Positions 1 through 7,696 of a stretch of DNA of 53,487 bases are shown piece by piece; positions within the stretch are counted from its first letter, which is position 1, and each line of letters begins with the position of its first letter. Both the position numbers and the translations under genes were made by a program. The notes beneath the pieces are model-generated. The model searched no databases. It worked only from the letters and a program-made list of their open reading frames with translations, and was not told the origin of the DNA. Where the stretch lies: positions 1 through 53,487 of IMG/VR virus record IMGVR_UViG_3300031028_000001; one strand, 5' to 3'. The DNA comes from a virus (Duplodnaviria > Caudoviricetes).

Positions 1-11
1 AGCGAGGAACG

Positions 12-995
12 GTGGCAGTACGACAACCGGGAGGAGGGGACGCTGATGAACAGTGTATATTTTGGAGCTATCTAATTACAAACAAAAGCTTTAAGCGGAT
101 GAATGGGCCTGAAGAAGTTGACAATAATGGCGCGTGTACAAGCGCCGTTCTCCTTTTCTTCGCCCCTCACGAACTGACTCAAATCCGCCGCTTTGACGCC
201 GAGAGGCAGGCTGCGGCCGAGAAGTTGGCCGAGGAGTTCCCCAAAGTTGCGGACAAGGCGTTTGCCGAAGCTGCGGCGCTGGTCAGGCGTGCCATAGAAC
301 AACAGAAGTATAGCGCAAAGCGTGCTCTCGGGATCAAGCTGAAGCCGAAACAACTGAAGGTGAAGGAGGAGCCTCGGTTCGTCAAGCTATCGCTGCTGGC
401 AGACCTGTTTCCGGAACTGGCCGCGGGTTCTGGAAACGGGCATCCTGGAAACGGATCTGCCGGTCGGTCGGTCCCCCCTGTTGACCTACCTACAGAGTCA
501 TCTAAGGGTTTAATATCTAACACCTTATTAGAGGGCGCGTGTACAGAGGCCATTTTGGGACCTGTACAGGTTCCAGCGGAATCCGTACACGCGCCGGCCG
601 GCCGGGAGTCTGTACACGATCTCTTGGCCCGGCTGCTGGGTCCTAAAATTCACGACGATCCGTCGCCGGCATTGTGCGATCGCATCGTGCGCAACATGCG
701 CGGCGCGCCGTTGGAACATTTGGAAATTCGGATAGGGCTCCGGTACCGGTCGATCAAGAGTATGGGCATGGTCGATGGCCTGGCGCTCGACGTTGGCAAG
801 GCTTGGTCGAAGCTCGAAGCCGCCCGTCAGAAGGGCGAGCAAGTCTACCACGCACGGATGGCGCAGCAGCGCGCCGAGTCCGAGGCCCAAATCCGCAAAC
901 ACTTCGAGACGGCCGATCCCACCGAGCGCGCCTGGATGCTGGAGAACTTCCCTGAACTGCGCGAGTTAGCGAAAGCCGTGGGAGGTGAGTCGTGA
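12..995 (+). CDS. Putative phage replication protein (probably 5'-incomplete)
   Basis: Long ORF at the window edge with a low-complexity central linker carrying repeated (T/C)GTACA motifs, followed by coupled small early genes. The function is inferred from architecture only. Confidence 0.35.
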   Translation: MAVRQPGGGDADEQCIFWSYLITNKSFKRMNGPEEVDNNGACTSAVLLFFAPHELTQIRRFDAERQAAAEKLAEEFPKVADKAFAEAAALVRRAIEQQKYSAKRALGIKLKPKQLKVKEEPRFVKLSLLADLFPELAAGSGNGHPGNGSAGRSVPPVDLPTESSKGLISNTLLEGACTEAILGPVQVPAESVHAPAGRESVHDLLARLLGPKIHDDPSPALCDRIVRNMRGAPLEHLEIRIGLRYRSIKSMGMVDGLALDVGKAWSKLEAARQKGEQVYHARMAQQRAESEAQIRKHFETADPTERAWMLENFPELRELAKAVGGES

Positions 996-1201
996 GCTGG
1001 AACGGTGTGTCGAGATGGCGTCCCAAGCCCAACCGCATTGCAAAGTGCCGCAACTGCAAACGCTCGTATTGGCTCTACGCCCGCACCGTCGGCCTTGAAG
1101 GATTCTGCAGCGCGGCTTGCAAAGAGGCCATGGCAGTCAAACGCAACTCAGCCATCGCCAGCGCGAAGGCAAAGGAACCTCGGCATGAAGAGTCTGCCTG
1201 A
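992..1201 (+). CDS. Small Cys-rich (Zn-finger-like) hypothetical protein
   Basis: CRNC...FCSAAC motif; GTGA overlap with the upstream stop; GGAGG upstream. Confidence 0.6.
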   Translation: MSWNGVSRWRPKPNRIAKCRNCKRSYWLYARTVGLEGFCSAACKEAMAVKRNSAIASAKAKEPRHEESA

Positions 1202-1490
1202 AGATCCGGATCACCCGGGTCACCACATCGATCCGGAAACCGGGAAAAATACCGAGGATGAAAAAAGGTTCTGGATAGACGATCCGGATCACCCGGGTCA
1301 CCACATCGATCCGGAAACCGGCATCTGGCCGATAGCGGAATGGGGCGCGTCCTGCGGAAGAGGCTTTGTCAGTAGCCAACGATTCGCACGTTCGCCATCG
1401 GAGCAGGTGATTGAGCGGACTAACCGCGAAACCACGCGCAAATGGCGTGCAGTGATCGATCACCCGCAAACCGGAAAGGAGCAACCATGA
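1185..1490 (+). CDS. Hypothetical protein with duplicated DPDHPGHHIDPETG motif
   Basis: ATG at 1185 after AAGGA; internal perfect DNA duplication. Confidence 0.5.
   Translation: MKSLPEDPDHPGHHIDPETGKNTEDEKRFWIDDPDHPGHHIDPETGIWPIAEWGASCGRGFVSSQRFARSPSEQVIERTNRETTRKWRAVIDHPQTGKEQP
1203..1321 (+). repeat. Perfect 41-bp direct repeat (1203-1243 and 1281-1321)
   Basis: GATCCGGATCACCCGGGTCACCACATCGATCCGGAAACCGG occurs twice, in frame. Confidence 0.95.
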
Positions 1491-1723
1491 TCACCCACTC
1501 GCCGGCATGGGCCAAGGGCATGCGCAAGCTCGGGCCGGGAATCTATCTCGATAGCAGCGGTGCCCTGCACTTCTCCATGGGGGAGCTGGCCGAATCATTG
1601 GGCGTGCCAAACACTGAAGAGAACGCCCGCATCATCCAGGAAAGCGCGGAAGCCGCTATCCGCGAGGTCTTCGGCACAGGGTTACCCACAACTATCGTGG
1701 AGAGCCCAGGAGAGACGCGATGA
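1487..1723 (+). CDS. Hypothetical phage protein
   Basis: AAGGAG RBS, ATGA coupling at both ends. Confidence 0.7.
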   Translation: MITHSPAWAKGMRKLGPGIYLDSSGALHFSMGELAESLGVPNTEENARIIQESAEAAIREVFGTGLPTTIVESPGETR

Positions 1724-1947
1724 GCATCCGCCGCTGGAAGCGCGTCGTTCGCCACGCCGTGCGCCTCGGAATGCTCAGTGAGCCTCAAGGCCGCGAGACG
1801 ATACACCACTACCTCTGGCTGCTCCGCGCGATCCGCGAGGACAAGAAACAGCGTGACAGCCGACCCCAACTCAGTCATGCCGTGCCACGAGGGAGTCCCA
1901 ATAAATCGAGGCTCACAAACCAAAAACGAAAGCTGAGGATCGTATGA
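1720..1947 (+). CDS. Hypothetical protein whose C-terminus reads through repeat R1
   Basis: ATGA-coupled ORF with AGGAG upstream. Confidence 0.55.
   Translation: MSIRRWKRVVRHAVRLGMLSEPQGRETIHHYLWLLRAIREDKKQRDSRPQLSHAVPRGSPNKSRLTNQKRKLRIV
1834..1919 (+). repeat. Dispersed five-box repeat, copy R1
   Basis: ...ACAAGAAACAGCGTGACA...CTCAGTCATGCCGTGCCACGAGGGA...CGAGGCTCACAAA. Confidence 0.9.
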
Positions 1948-2231
1948 ACATTCTCGAATTCACCTGCTTACGTGCCGGCTTCACGCCTAAAGAACTGGGA
2001 CTGGACGACTCCGTGCTCGAAGGCGCCGGCAACCAGCCGCTCAGCATCCGGTATGATCTGGGGCACGACGAACGGCTCTATCGAGTGTTCTTCAAATACC
2101 GCCGGCCAGCTATCCCGAAACCGAGGCCTCCGTACATCGTGCCACCGCCGCGCGACTGGTGGACCGCGGAAAGTGAACGGGAAGCGGTTGCTTCGGCCGA
2201 AGCCGCGCGGACCAAAGGAGCCACGGCATGA
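1944..2231 (+). CDS. Hypothetical phage protein
   Basis: GAGGA RBS, ATGA coupling. Confidence 0.65.
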   Translation: MNILEFTCLRAGFTPKELGLDDSVLEGAGNQPLSIRYDLGHDERLYRVFFKYRRPAIPKPRPPYIVPPPRDWWTAESEREAVASAEAARTKGATA

Positions 2232-2482
2232 GCGCGCGTCCACAGAGGGCCAGAATCACCCATCCAGAGGAACAGCAACTCGATGAGACCTTGCATCTGA
2301 TCGCCATGATGGTGGAGGACTGCGTATCATCCCATCGCTTCGAGGAAGGCCGCCAGAAGCGCATTGCCGAGGGCCAGGAGCATGTCTGCGTGGTCTGCGG
2401 ATGCTCGGAGTCGAGGAGTTGCGAGGAGGGCTGTGTGTGGGCTAATGAGACGCATTGTTCGAGGTGCATATGGACCCCGTGA
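2228..2482 (+). CDS. Small Cys-rich protein (CVVCGCSE...C...C...CSRC)
   Basis: Zn-binding-type Cys pattern common in phage accessory ORFs; AAGGAG RBS. Confidence 0.7.
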   Translation: MSARPQRARITHPEEQQLDETLHLIAMMVEDCVSSHRFEEGRQKRIAEGQEHVCVVCGCSESRSCEEGCVWANETHCSRCIWTP

Positions 2483-2579
2483 TGGCGGCTCTCCATCGAC
2501 CGGCCGTAGCCATCGTGCTGCTGGGGATCGTTCTAGTCGTCGCGCTCTGGGTGATTTTCGCACCAAGAAAGGATCGTTC

Positions 2580-2942
2580 ATGACAGACACGGAGCTGCGC
2601 AGTAAAATCAGCGCATTCACCAGCCGAAAGCAGCAGTGTGAGGAGAAGATCGTCACCTTGGCGCGCGCTGTAACGCCGGTATTGCACGATCACAACCTAC
2701 ACGCCTGTGCGAAACCCTTGGACGAGGCGCTTTTTGAAATGGACGCCATCGAGCAAGAGATGGTGGAACTCGTGAAAGCGGACCCGCAGCAATTCTTCAA
2801 GGTGTTGATATGTCATGACCCGGGATGCCCGTATAGCATTCAGCGAGGTGGTGCGGTTGATGGCACTTTTGACCGAGGCCAAGACGCCGCACGCCAAGGC
2901 ACTAGCGGTGGTGATCAGCGAGCGCCTGATCAACCTCTCTGA
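2580..2942 (+). CDS. Hypothetical protein
   Basis: AAGGA RBS before ATG 2580; helical N-terminal part; the 3' end overlaps the next ORF. Confidence 0.55.
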   Translation: MTDTELRSKISAFTSRKQQCEEKIVTLARAVTPVLHDHNLHACAKPLDEALFEMDAIEQEMVELVKADPQQFFKVLICHDPGCPYSIQRGGAVDGTFDRGQDAARQGTSGGDQRAPDQPL

Positions 2943-3132
2943 AACCGATGACAGCGGCGACATCCTGCCCGAGAGCGAGATAGCTGAGTGGATTCGGTTC
3001 GCGCGATTACTCAAGGTCCAGGACCAAGCGGCGGCCGCTAACGCCAGCAAGAAACGGCGTGGCACCAAATCCGGCTCAGTCATACCGTTTGGCGAGGGAG
3101 CGGGAACGCCGCGAGGCTCACAAAAGCCATGA
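2815..3132 (+). CDS. Hypothetical protein whose C-terminus reads through repeat R2
   Basis: ORF track; ATGA-coupled to the next gene. Confidence 0.6.
   Translation: MTRDARIAFSEVVRLMALLTEAKTPHAKALAVVISERLINLSETDDSGDILPESEIAEWIRFARLLKVQDQAAAANASKKRRGTKSGSVIPFGEGAGTPRGSQKP
3039..3124 (+). repeat. Dispersed five-box repeat, copy R2
   Basis: TAACGCCAGCAAGAAACGGCGTGGCACC...CTCAGTCATACCG...CGAGGGA...CGAGGCTCACAAA; ends 4 bp before ATG 3129. Confidence 0.9.
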
Positions 3133-3347
3133 GAACGATCTGGCTGCACGCCATCAACCGCAGGGTAACGCTGGCCTCCTACCTGGCTGCCGTGCGTCTG
3201 GCGCAAGCCAATCCTACAGTGACGTTCAAACACGGCTTCACCACCTGGTGGCCGACCACCGGAGAGGAAATCATGCGCCAGTTCCGGGAAGGGGTGACCG
3301 ACCGCATCAACCAGGCCATCCCCTATTGCAAACGAGGAATTCAGTGA
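3129..3347 (+). CDS. Hypothetical phage protein
   Basis: ORF track, coupled start and stop. Confidence 0.65.
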   Translation: MRTIWLHAINRRVTLASYLAAVRLAQANPTVTFKHGFTTWWPTTGEEIMRQFREGVTDRINQAIPYCKRGIQ

Positions 3348-3529
3348 TGAAGATTCGTAAGATCCGTTGTGAAGGCTGTGGAGTGGAATTCTACTGGTGG
3401 GAAGGACACTCGTTTGCAGAGTGTTTAAAAGCGAAAGAGTGGAGAGAGCAGCAGGAGTACTTAGATCGATTGGAACTGGATTTTGTGAGCCTCGATGTGC
3501 CACAATCGCGCGTCATACGTCATGACTGA
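3347..3529 (+). CDS. Small CxxC protein whose C-terminus reads through repeat R3
   Basis: GAGGA RBS; MKIRKIRCEGCG. Confidence 0.55.
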   Translation: MKIRKIRCEGCGVEFYWWEGHSFAECLKAKEWREQQEYLDRLELDFVSLDVPQSRVIRHD

Positions 3530-3566
3530 GGCGAGGGTGTCCGGTCGGGGGAGTGTTTGCGTAGAG
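3482..3566 (-). repeat. Dispersed five-box repeat, copy R3 (inverted)
   Basis: Reverse complement: CTCTACGCAAA...GACCGGACACCC...CTCAGTCATGACGTATGACGCGCGATTG...CGAGGCTCACAAA. Confidence 0.9.
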
Positions 3567-3576
3567 AGGGGGAACG

Positions 3577-4209
3577 ATGAAAGCTGTTCGGATCTATTCG
3601 GATCGAAAGCTCAGCCGACAACAGATCTGGGAAATGAAGCGGCTGTGGCGCGACGTTCCCCACGTGCAATGCAAGGGGCTCTGCCAGGGTGCTTGCACCA
3701 ACGTTCCACTGATGCCGGTCGAAGCGATCTACCTGATCGAAAAGCACGCCGCCAACCCGCTGCCGGCGTGGCACGGCTTCGGCTACAAGGCGACCATGAT
3801 GCCCACTCTCGGCATCAATGGCCCTTGCGAGTTCCTGCGGGAGGGACGCTGTTCGATCTACGACGACCGTCCGGCGGTCTGCCGGGAATACGGCCACAAA
3901 GTGCTCACGCTCGACTGCGGGCACGATTGCCAGCCGTCCAGGCCGTTCACCAACGAAGCGGCCAGCGCGATCATGCTGTTGATGTCCTACGTGCTGGATA
4001 TTCAGGGTGCGATGGCTGTGGTCATTCCCCGCGATAGCGAGCTAGTCTTCCGGCATCTGCAGGAATCCGTCGATAACCTGTGTGTTGATGTCGAGATGGA
4101 AGACGGCGAGGAAATCTCTGCCAGCGGAAACAGCGTGACACCCGAACCCAACTCAGTCATGCCGTGCAACGCGCGAGACGGAACGTTGCGAAGCCACAAA
4201 GGGCTATGA
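3577..4209 (+). CDS. YkgJ-like Cys-cluster (Zn/Fe-chelating) protein
   Basis: CKGLCQGAC ... CEFL...RCSIYDDRPAVCREYG signature. Confidence 0.8.
   Translation: MKAVRIYSDRKLSRQQIWEMKRLWRDVPHVQCKGLCQGACTNVPLMPVEAIYLIEKHAANPLPAWHGFGYKATMMPTLGINGPCEFLREGRCSIYDDRPAVCREYGHKVLTLDCGHDCQPSRPFTNEAASAIMLLMSYVLDIQGAMAVVIPRDSELVFRHLQESVDNLCVDVEMEDGEEISASGNSVTPEPNSVMPCNARDGTLRSHKGL
4116..4200 (+). repeat. Dispersed five-box repeat, copy R4
   Basis: CTCTGCCAGCGGAAACAGCGTGACACCC...CTCAGTCATGCCGTGCAACGCGCGA...CGAAGCCACAAA; ends 5 bp before ATG 4206. Confidence 0.9.
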
Positions 4210-4433
4210 AGCTCACTGTCGTATTGGCCCGCTATCCTCCCAACACCCCAAAAGCCGGTTACCTGGCAGCCTATGCGGTATCCGAAGATGCCCGCCGCGG
4301 CCGCAATCTCCTGGCAGGGATGCACATCACCGGAGTGCCACATGCCAAGAACATGGTGAAACGCGAGCTGAACTACCTGATGCCAGGAGCGGAAATCACA
4401 TTCGAAGGTCCGGAGGGAGAAGTGGGGAAATGA
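4206..4433 (+). CDS. Hypothetical phage protein
   Basis: ATGA-coupled ORF. Confidence 0.6.
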   Translation: MKLTVVLARYPPNTPKAGYLAAYAVSEDARRGRNLLAGMHITGVPHAKNMVKRELNYLMPGAEITFEGPEGEVGK

Positions 4434-4696
4434 TCGACGATCGCGTTCCTGAACAACTCGAGAACCTGGTGCTCTACGCCTGGGTGGGACCGAAGGACGA
4501 CCCGCACGCCCAAGACGACCACTGGGGCATCAAGATAGGCGTGGTGCCGGCGGGCACGATTCCCCTGGTGGCGATTGATCGTACCAAAGTCGAGAAGGTG
4601 TGGCCGCAGATGAAGGGCTTGGCGAGGGGCACCGGGAAGGTGCGGTATCTCGCGCGGTTCGAGTTTGCCGGCGTGGTGCGGGTGGAGAAGCCGTGA
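4430..4696 (+). CDS. Hypothetical phage protein
   Basis: Coupled ORF in the early cluster. Confidence 0.65.
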   Translation: MIDDRVPEQLENLVLYAWVGPKDDPHAQDDHWGIKIGVVPAGTIPLVAIDRTKVEKVWPQMKGLARGTGKVRYLARFEFAGVVRVEKP

Positions 4697-5022
4697 TGCC
4701 AGTCGTAATCGTACAAGCGCTTTGCCCGTCACGGCATTGCATCGTGGCGTGCGCGAAAGAGGGAGAAGACCCGAAATTATTGGAATTCTTCCGCCGCATG
4801 ATCGAAGTCGCGGTTTCCCGCCACGCCATCAACCCGCATTGTGGTCTGTGCGGCGCGCCGAAGAGCACCTGGACCTACGAGGTTGGCGTCACGAAGTTTG
4901 CCACGATGGAGGAGGCGCTCCCGGAGATCCAGCGCCTGGAAGCTGAGCAGCTTGAACTGCGCCGGCAGATGTTCACCTCCGGGCGTGCGTTCGATGTGCT
5001 GCATGGGACGGGGAAACTTTGA
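4696..5022 (+). CDS. Cys-rich hypothetical protein
   Basis: LCPSRHC ... HCGLCGA; TGATG coupling. Confidence 0.65.
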   Translation: MPVVIVQALCPSRHCIVACAKEGEDPKLLEFFRRMIEVAVSRHAINPHCGLCGAPKSTWTYEVGVTKFATMEEALPEIQRLEAEQLELRRQMFTSGRAFDVLHGTGKL

Positions 5023-5354
5023 TGGGACGCGCGTCGCGCCGGAAGCCGGCCCACGTCGTCAGTCAGCGGGTGGCCGACAGTCCGTGCCCGAACTGCGGCA
5101 AGCTGCTGAGCGGCGTAACGGCTGCAAGCATTGGCGCGCCCTTCGAGCCTGGGCCGATTCGCTACAAGGGCCATGCGACCCTGTGTGGCTATTGCGGAGC
5201 GCTGCTGATCTTTGCCGACGATGCCGGGCGGGTGCGCGCGATGAGCGAACGCGAACGCAATTCGTTGCAGCTTGCGCCGATCGTGGAGCAGCTCTACGCC
5301 CAGTGGCGGGCGGAGCATCCGGTTGGAGACTTCACCAGGAAGCGGTTCAATTAG
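5019..5354 (+). CDS. Zn-ribbon-like hypothetical protein
   Basis: CPNCG ... CGYCG pairs. Confidence 0.7.
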   Translation: MMGRASRRKPAHVVSQRVADSPCPNCGKLLSGVTAASIGAPFEPGPIRYKGHATLCGYCGALLIFADDAGRVRAMSERERNSLQLAPIVEQLYAQWRAEHPVGDFTRKRFN

Positions 5355-5357
5355 CCA

Positions 5358-5442
5358 CCACGCCCGCAAGAACCCGCGTGACACCCAGCGGTCCTCAGTC
5401 ATGCCGTGCCCGTGAGCGACAGAACGCATCGCAGCTCACAAA
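5358..5442 (+). repeat. Dispersed five-box repeat, copy R5
   Basis: CCACGCCCGCAAGAACCCGCGTGACACCC...CTCAGTCATGCCGTGCCCGTGAGC...CGCAGCTCACAAA; fills the gap between two convergent stops (5354 and 5448). Confidence 0.9.
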
Positions 5443-5447
5443 AGGCT

Positions 5448-5825
5448 CTAACCGCTGGCCGCCATACCCTGAGGCTGGAAAGCCTTCAGTGCCGTAGTTA
5501 GCGCCTCAATCCGCGTAGTGACATCCCGGCTCTCCGTTTGCAACGCCTCTATCCGGTTCAGCTCGTGATCGATCTGGGCTTTACGGGTGGTCAATTGATC
5601 GAGGGCGGTTTGCAGGTGCGTTTTGGGATCGGCTGCGGTGATGGTCTGCTTCCCTGGAACTTCCACGACCTTGACTTCCCCGCCACTGATCGTTTCGATC
5701 GTCTGGTGGTGCCGCTGGTGGCTCGCCAGGGCGGTATGGCTCTTGAACGTGCGGCCAGGATGGTCCGGGCAGGTCAACGCCTGCCGGGCCGGGGTCCGGG
5801 CTTTATTCTGCTTGGGCTGCTTCAT
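5448..5825 (-). CDS. C2H2-like Zn finger plus coiled-coil protein
   Basis: CPDHPGRTFKSHTALASHQRHH followed by a heptad-rich helix. Confidence 0.65.
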   Translation of the reverse strand: MKQPKQNKARTPARQALTCPDHPGRTFKSHTALASHQRHHQTIETISGGEVKVVEVPGKQTITAADPKTHLQTALDQLTTRKAQIDHELNRIEALQTESRDVTTRIEALTTALKAFQPQGMAASG

Positions 5826-5871
5826 GCAAACATTGTCGCCCTTTTTTGTCGTAAGCGGTAAAATTCCGGGT

Positions 5872-6054
5872 ATGAACCAGAAAGCGAAATTCGTAGCGTT
5901 CTGCGAGAACAAACTGAAGCTCACCGAAGCCCAGGCGCAGATTCTCTACGATGGCATTAACGAGGACCCGTTGGGGTTCAAGGGCCAGATCCATACGGCG
6001 TGGCCGGATGTGTTCGAGGCTCCGGAAAAAGGGACAGAGAGCGCCAGACCCTAG
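5872..6054 (+). CDS. Small hypothetical protein
   Basis: ATG 5872, divergent from the previous gene. Confidence 0.5.
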   Translation: MNQKAKFVAFCENKLKLTEAQAQILYDGINEDPLGFKGQIHTAWPDVFEAPEKGTESARP

Positions 6055-6088
6055 AAAGGAGGGCGCGGAAGATAGCCAGAGCCATCTG

Positions 6089-6154
6089 TCGGATGCGGCT
6101 CCATACGGAGCACGTTTATTCCTGGCCGGGGTAACGGAGCGGGGTCGCATCCGA
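6089..6154 (+). ncRNA. Putative structured RNA stem upstream of the tRNA-like element
   Basis: TCGGATGCGGCTCC (6089-6102) pairs with GGGGTCGCATCCGA (6141-6154); both mismatches are G-U pairs on the + strand. Confidence 0.45.
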
Positions 6155-6167
6155 TTTCATTTCTTGT

Positions 6168-6244
6168 GGAGCGGTAGCTCAGAGGCAGAGCGGCCGGTGT
6201 GTAGGGCGGCAGGTTCGGGAGGGTTCGATTCCCTCCCCGCTCCA
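6168..6244 (+). tRNA. tRNA-like RNA with aberrant anticodon arm (identity not assignable)
   Basis: Acceptor GGAGCGG/CCGCTCC-A; D arm GCTC-AGAGGCA-GAGC; T arm GGAGGG-TTCGATT-CCCTCC. The anticodon arm is only GCCG/CGGC with a 10-nt loop, and no CCA is encoded. Confidence 0.7.
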
Positions 6245-6270
6245 TTCAATACTCAAATACTCATTTGTTG

Positions 6271-6350
6271 CTTGGGGCTCCGCGCATTCTGGCTCTTACG
6301 TGCGCTTGGTCGCTGAGCCGCGCTGGGTAGCCTGCTTTGATTTCGTCAGG
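6271..6350 (-). repeat. Dispersed five-box repeat, copy R6 (inverted, degenerate)
   Basis: Reverse complement: ...ACCCAGCGCGG CTCAGCGACC AAGCGCA CGTAAGA GCCAGAATGCG CGGAGCCCCAAG. Confidence 0.7.
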
Positions 6351-6361
6351 AGTTGGGGCGG

Positions 6362-6565
6362 TCATGCCTTCGCCAGCTTTGCGCGTTCCGCCCAGAACTT
6401 GTAGCGCGCATGTTCGATGGGCTTCCCGGAATGCAGGATAGCTTCCGCCATTGTCTGATCCAGGCCAGTCGAGCGCTCGATCAAAGCGAAGAACGCCTCC
6501 ATATCCTGGACCTCGACCGTCGCCTGAAGATTTTTCGCGTAATAGGTCCAAGTTGGTTCCGTCAT
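6362..6565 (-). CDS. Small hypothetical protein bracketed by R6/R7
   Basis: GAGAGGGAGAG RBS then ATG (MTEPTWTYY...). Confidence 0.65.
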   Translation of the reverse strand: MTEPTWTYYAKNLQATVEVQDMEAFFALIERSTGLDQTMAEAILHSGKPIEHARYKFWAERAKLAKA

Positions 6566-6576
6566 TCGCTCTCCCT

Positions 6577-6659
6577 CTCTACGTTGGAATCCGCCCGGCA
6601 TTCCACCGCCGCGCAGCCTTCCATCCTACCGCGCGACTGAGGCGCGCGAAGCACCCAAA
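6577..6659 (+). repeat. Dispersed five-box repeat, copy R7
   Basis: CTCTACG...CGGCA...CGCAGCCTTC CATCCTAC CGCGCGA CTGAGGCGCG CGAAGCACCCAAA. Confidence 0.8.
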
Positions 6660-6967
6660 AACATCTCACGCAGTTCTCTGATTATCTGTGCTACCTCCAG
6701 ATGGTACAGCCGTGCAAATCTCACAGGCCCCAACTTGTGCAGTGACAGATTCCCTCTTGAGTGATGCCCCCGGCATAGTGGAATAGCCTGTCTGTCATCC
6801 GCCTTCTGCGATAATCCCCGCGGTCCGGTATGCGCCGATTCTATATACCGCCATGAGCCGCAAACGGCGCAAGGCTGCGCCCGGACCCAGGCGAGATACT
6901 TCCGATCCCGCGTCGGGGGTTCTGAGCGCTTCCAGGGGCGAGGAATGAGCATATACGCCTTCATCAT
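6626..6967 (-). CDS. DUF968/Ref-like HNH-type nuclease domain protein
   Basis: KYLAWVRAQPCAVCG ... AHTG.RG...KADD...IPLCRGHH signature. Confidence 0.75.
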   Translation of the reverse strand: MMKAYMLIPRPWKRSEPPTRDRKYLAWVRAQPCAVCGSWRYIESAHTGPRGLSQKADDRQAIPLCRGHHSRGNLSLHKLGPVRFARLYHLEVAQIIRELREMFLGASRASVAR

Positions 6968-7500
6968 CGGCGGCCTCCGGAGATGAGCCGGTTCATTAAC
7001 AGACAGCGCACGTCATCGCGCGAAACGACGTCGCCATGCCGTTCGCTCGCGTACCGGCAGCAGCTCGCGAAGAGATCGATGATCGCTTCGGTTTGCGCCT
7101 GCAAATGCGCTAAGCTTTTGGCGAGTGGCGCAATCACGGGCTGGCTGGGTTTGATACCATTTTCCTGGCCAGTTCCCAGGGCAGCCACCCGCATCGCAAC
7201 CTCCGGATTTGGCGCGGGCTTTGGAGAATCGCTCGCGCCGTTCTTTTCCCGCCAGATATCCCACCGTTTCGCTTCGCCGCGCTCTCCGGACCGCAGGCAG
7301 ATATTGAACAGCTCGTGAGGCCGGATGCCCATCTGCGGGATCGACGCGGCAACCTCGGGATCGAGAAACAACGTGCGCCCGTCCACGCAAGTGAACATCG
7401 CGCGCTGGCCGGACGCGGTACTGAACAGCTTCGGCTGTTGGTATTTCACGGCGAGCTGTACGGGCACGTTGGCGGCGAAGGCTACGATGTTGGCGGCCAT
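6964..7500 (-). CDS. Hypothetical phage protein
   Basis: GGAGGT RBS and TAATG coupling; start at 7500 (MAANIVAF...). Confidence 0.7.
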   Translation of the reverse strand: MAANIVAFAANVPVQLAVKYQQPKLFSTASGQRAMFTCVDGRTLFLDPEVAASIPQMGIRPHELFNICLRSGERGEAKRWDIWREKNGASDSPKPAPNPEVAMRVAALGTGQENGIKPSQPVIAPLAKSLAHLQAQTEAIIDLFASCCRYASERHGDVVSRDDVRCLLMNRLISGGRR

Positions 7501-7601
7501 TACGCCACCTCCTGGAGCAGCTCCAAAACGCGCTCGAAGGCAAGCGCCTCTTCGGCCAGTCCGCCGATGAGGATGGCCCAGATCACTATGAGGGCGGTCA
7601 T
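7500..7601 (-). CDS. 33-aa hydrophobic peptide (MTALIVIWAILIGG...)
   Basis: Hand-translated; coupled at both ends (ATGA and TAATG). Confidence 0.5.
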   Translation of the reverse strand: MTALIVIWAILIGGLAEEALAFERVLELLQEVA

Positions 7602-7696
7602 CGTGTGGCCTTCTTGGGGGCTTCAAAGTGGCCGCCGCACTTTACCGCCGCGTTCATCTCGAACAACCGGGTTTCGCTGTTGACGGGTTCGGCCAT
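7598..7696 (-). CDS. 32-aa peptide (MAEPVNSETR...)
   Basis: Hand-translated; GGAGGT RBS and TAATG coupling. Confidence 0.5.
   Translation of the reverse strand: MAEPVNSETRLFEMNAAVKCGGHFEAPKKATR

Noticed and set aside
1870-1890. Sigma54 promoter in the repeat (TGGCACG on the minus strand)
   Set aside because: No TTGC -12 element at the required spacing, and TGGCAC is not conserved across copies.
3482-4200. Repeat pairs as DDE transposon or MITE ends (TGTG...CACA)
   Set aside because: No target-site duplication at any of the four pairs, paired ends are divergent, and many copies are unpaired.
3039-5442. Repeats as classical integron attC sites
   Set aside because: No RYYYAAC/GTTRRRY ends and no full-length palindrome; orientation is mixed; the recombinases look Cre-like rather than IntI-like.
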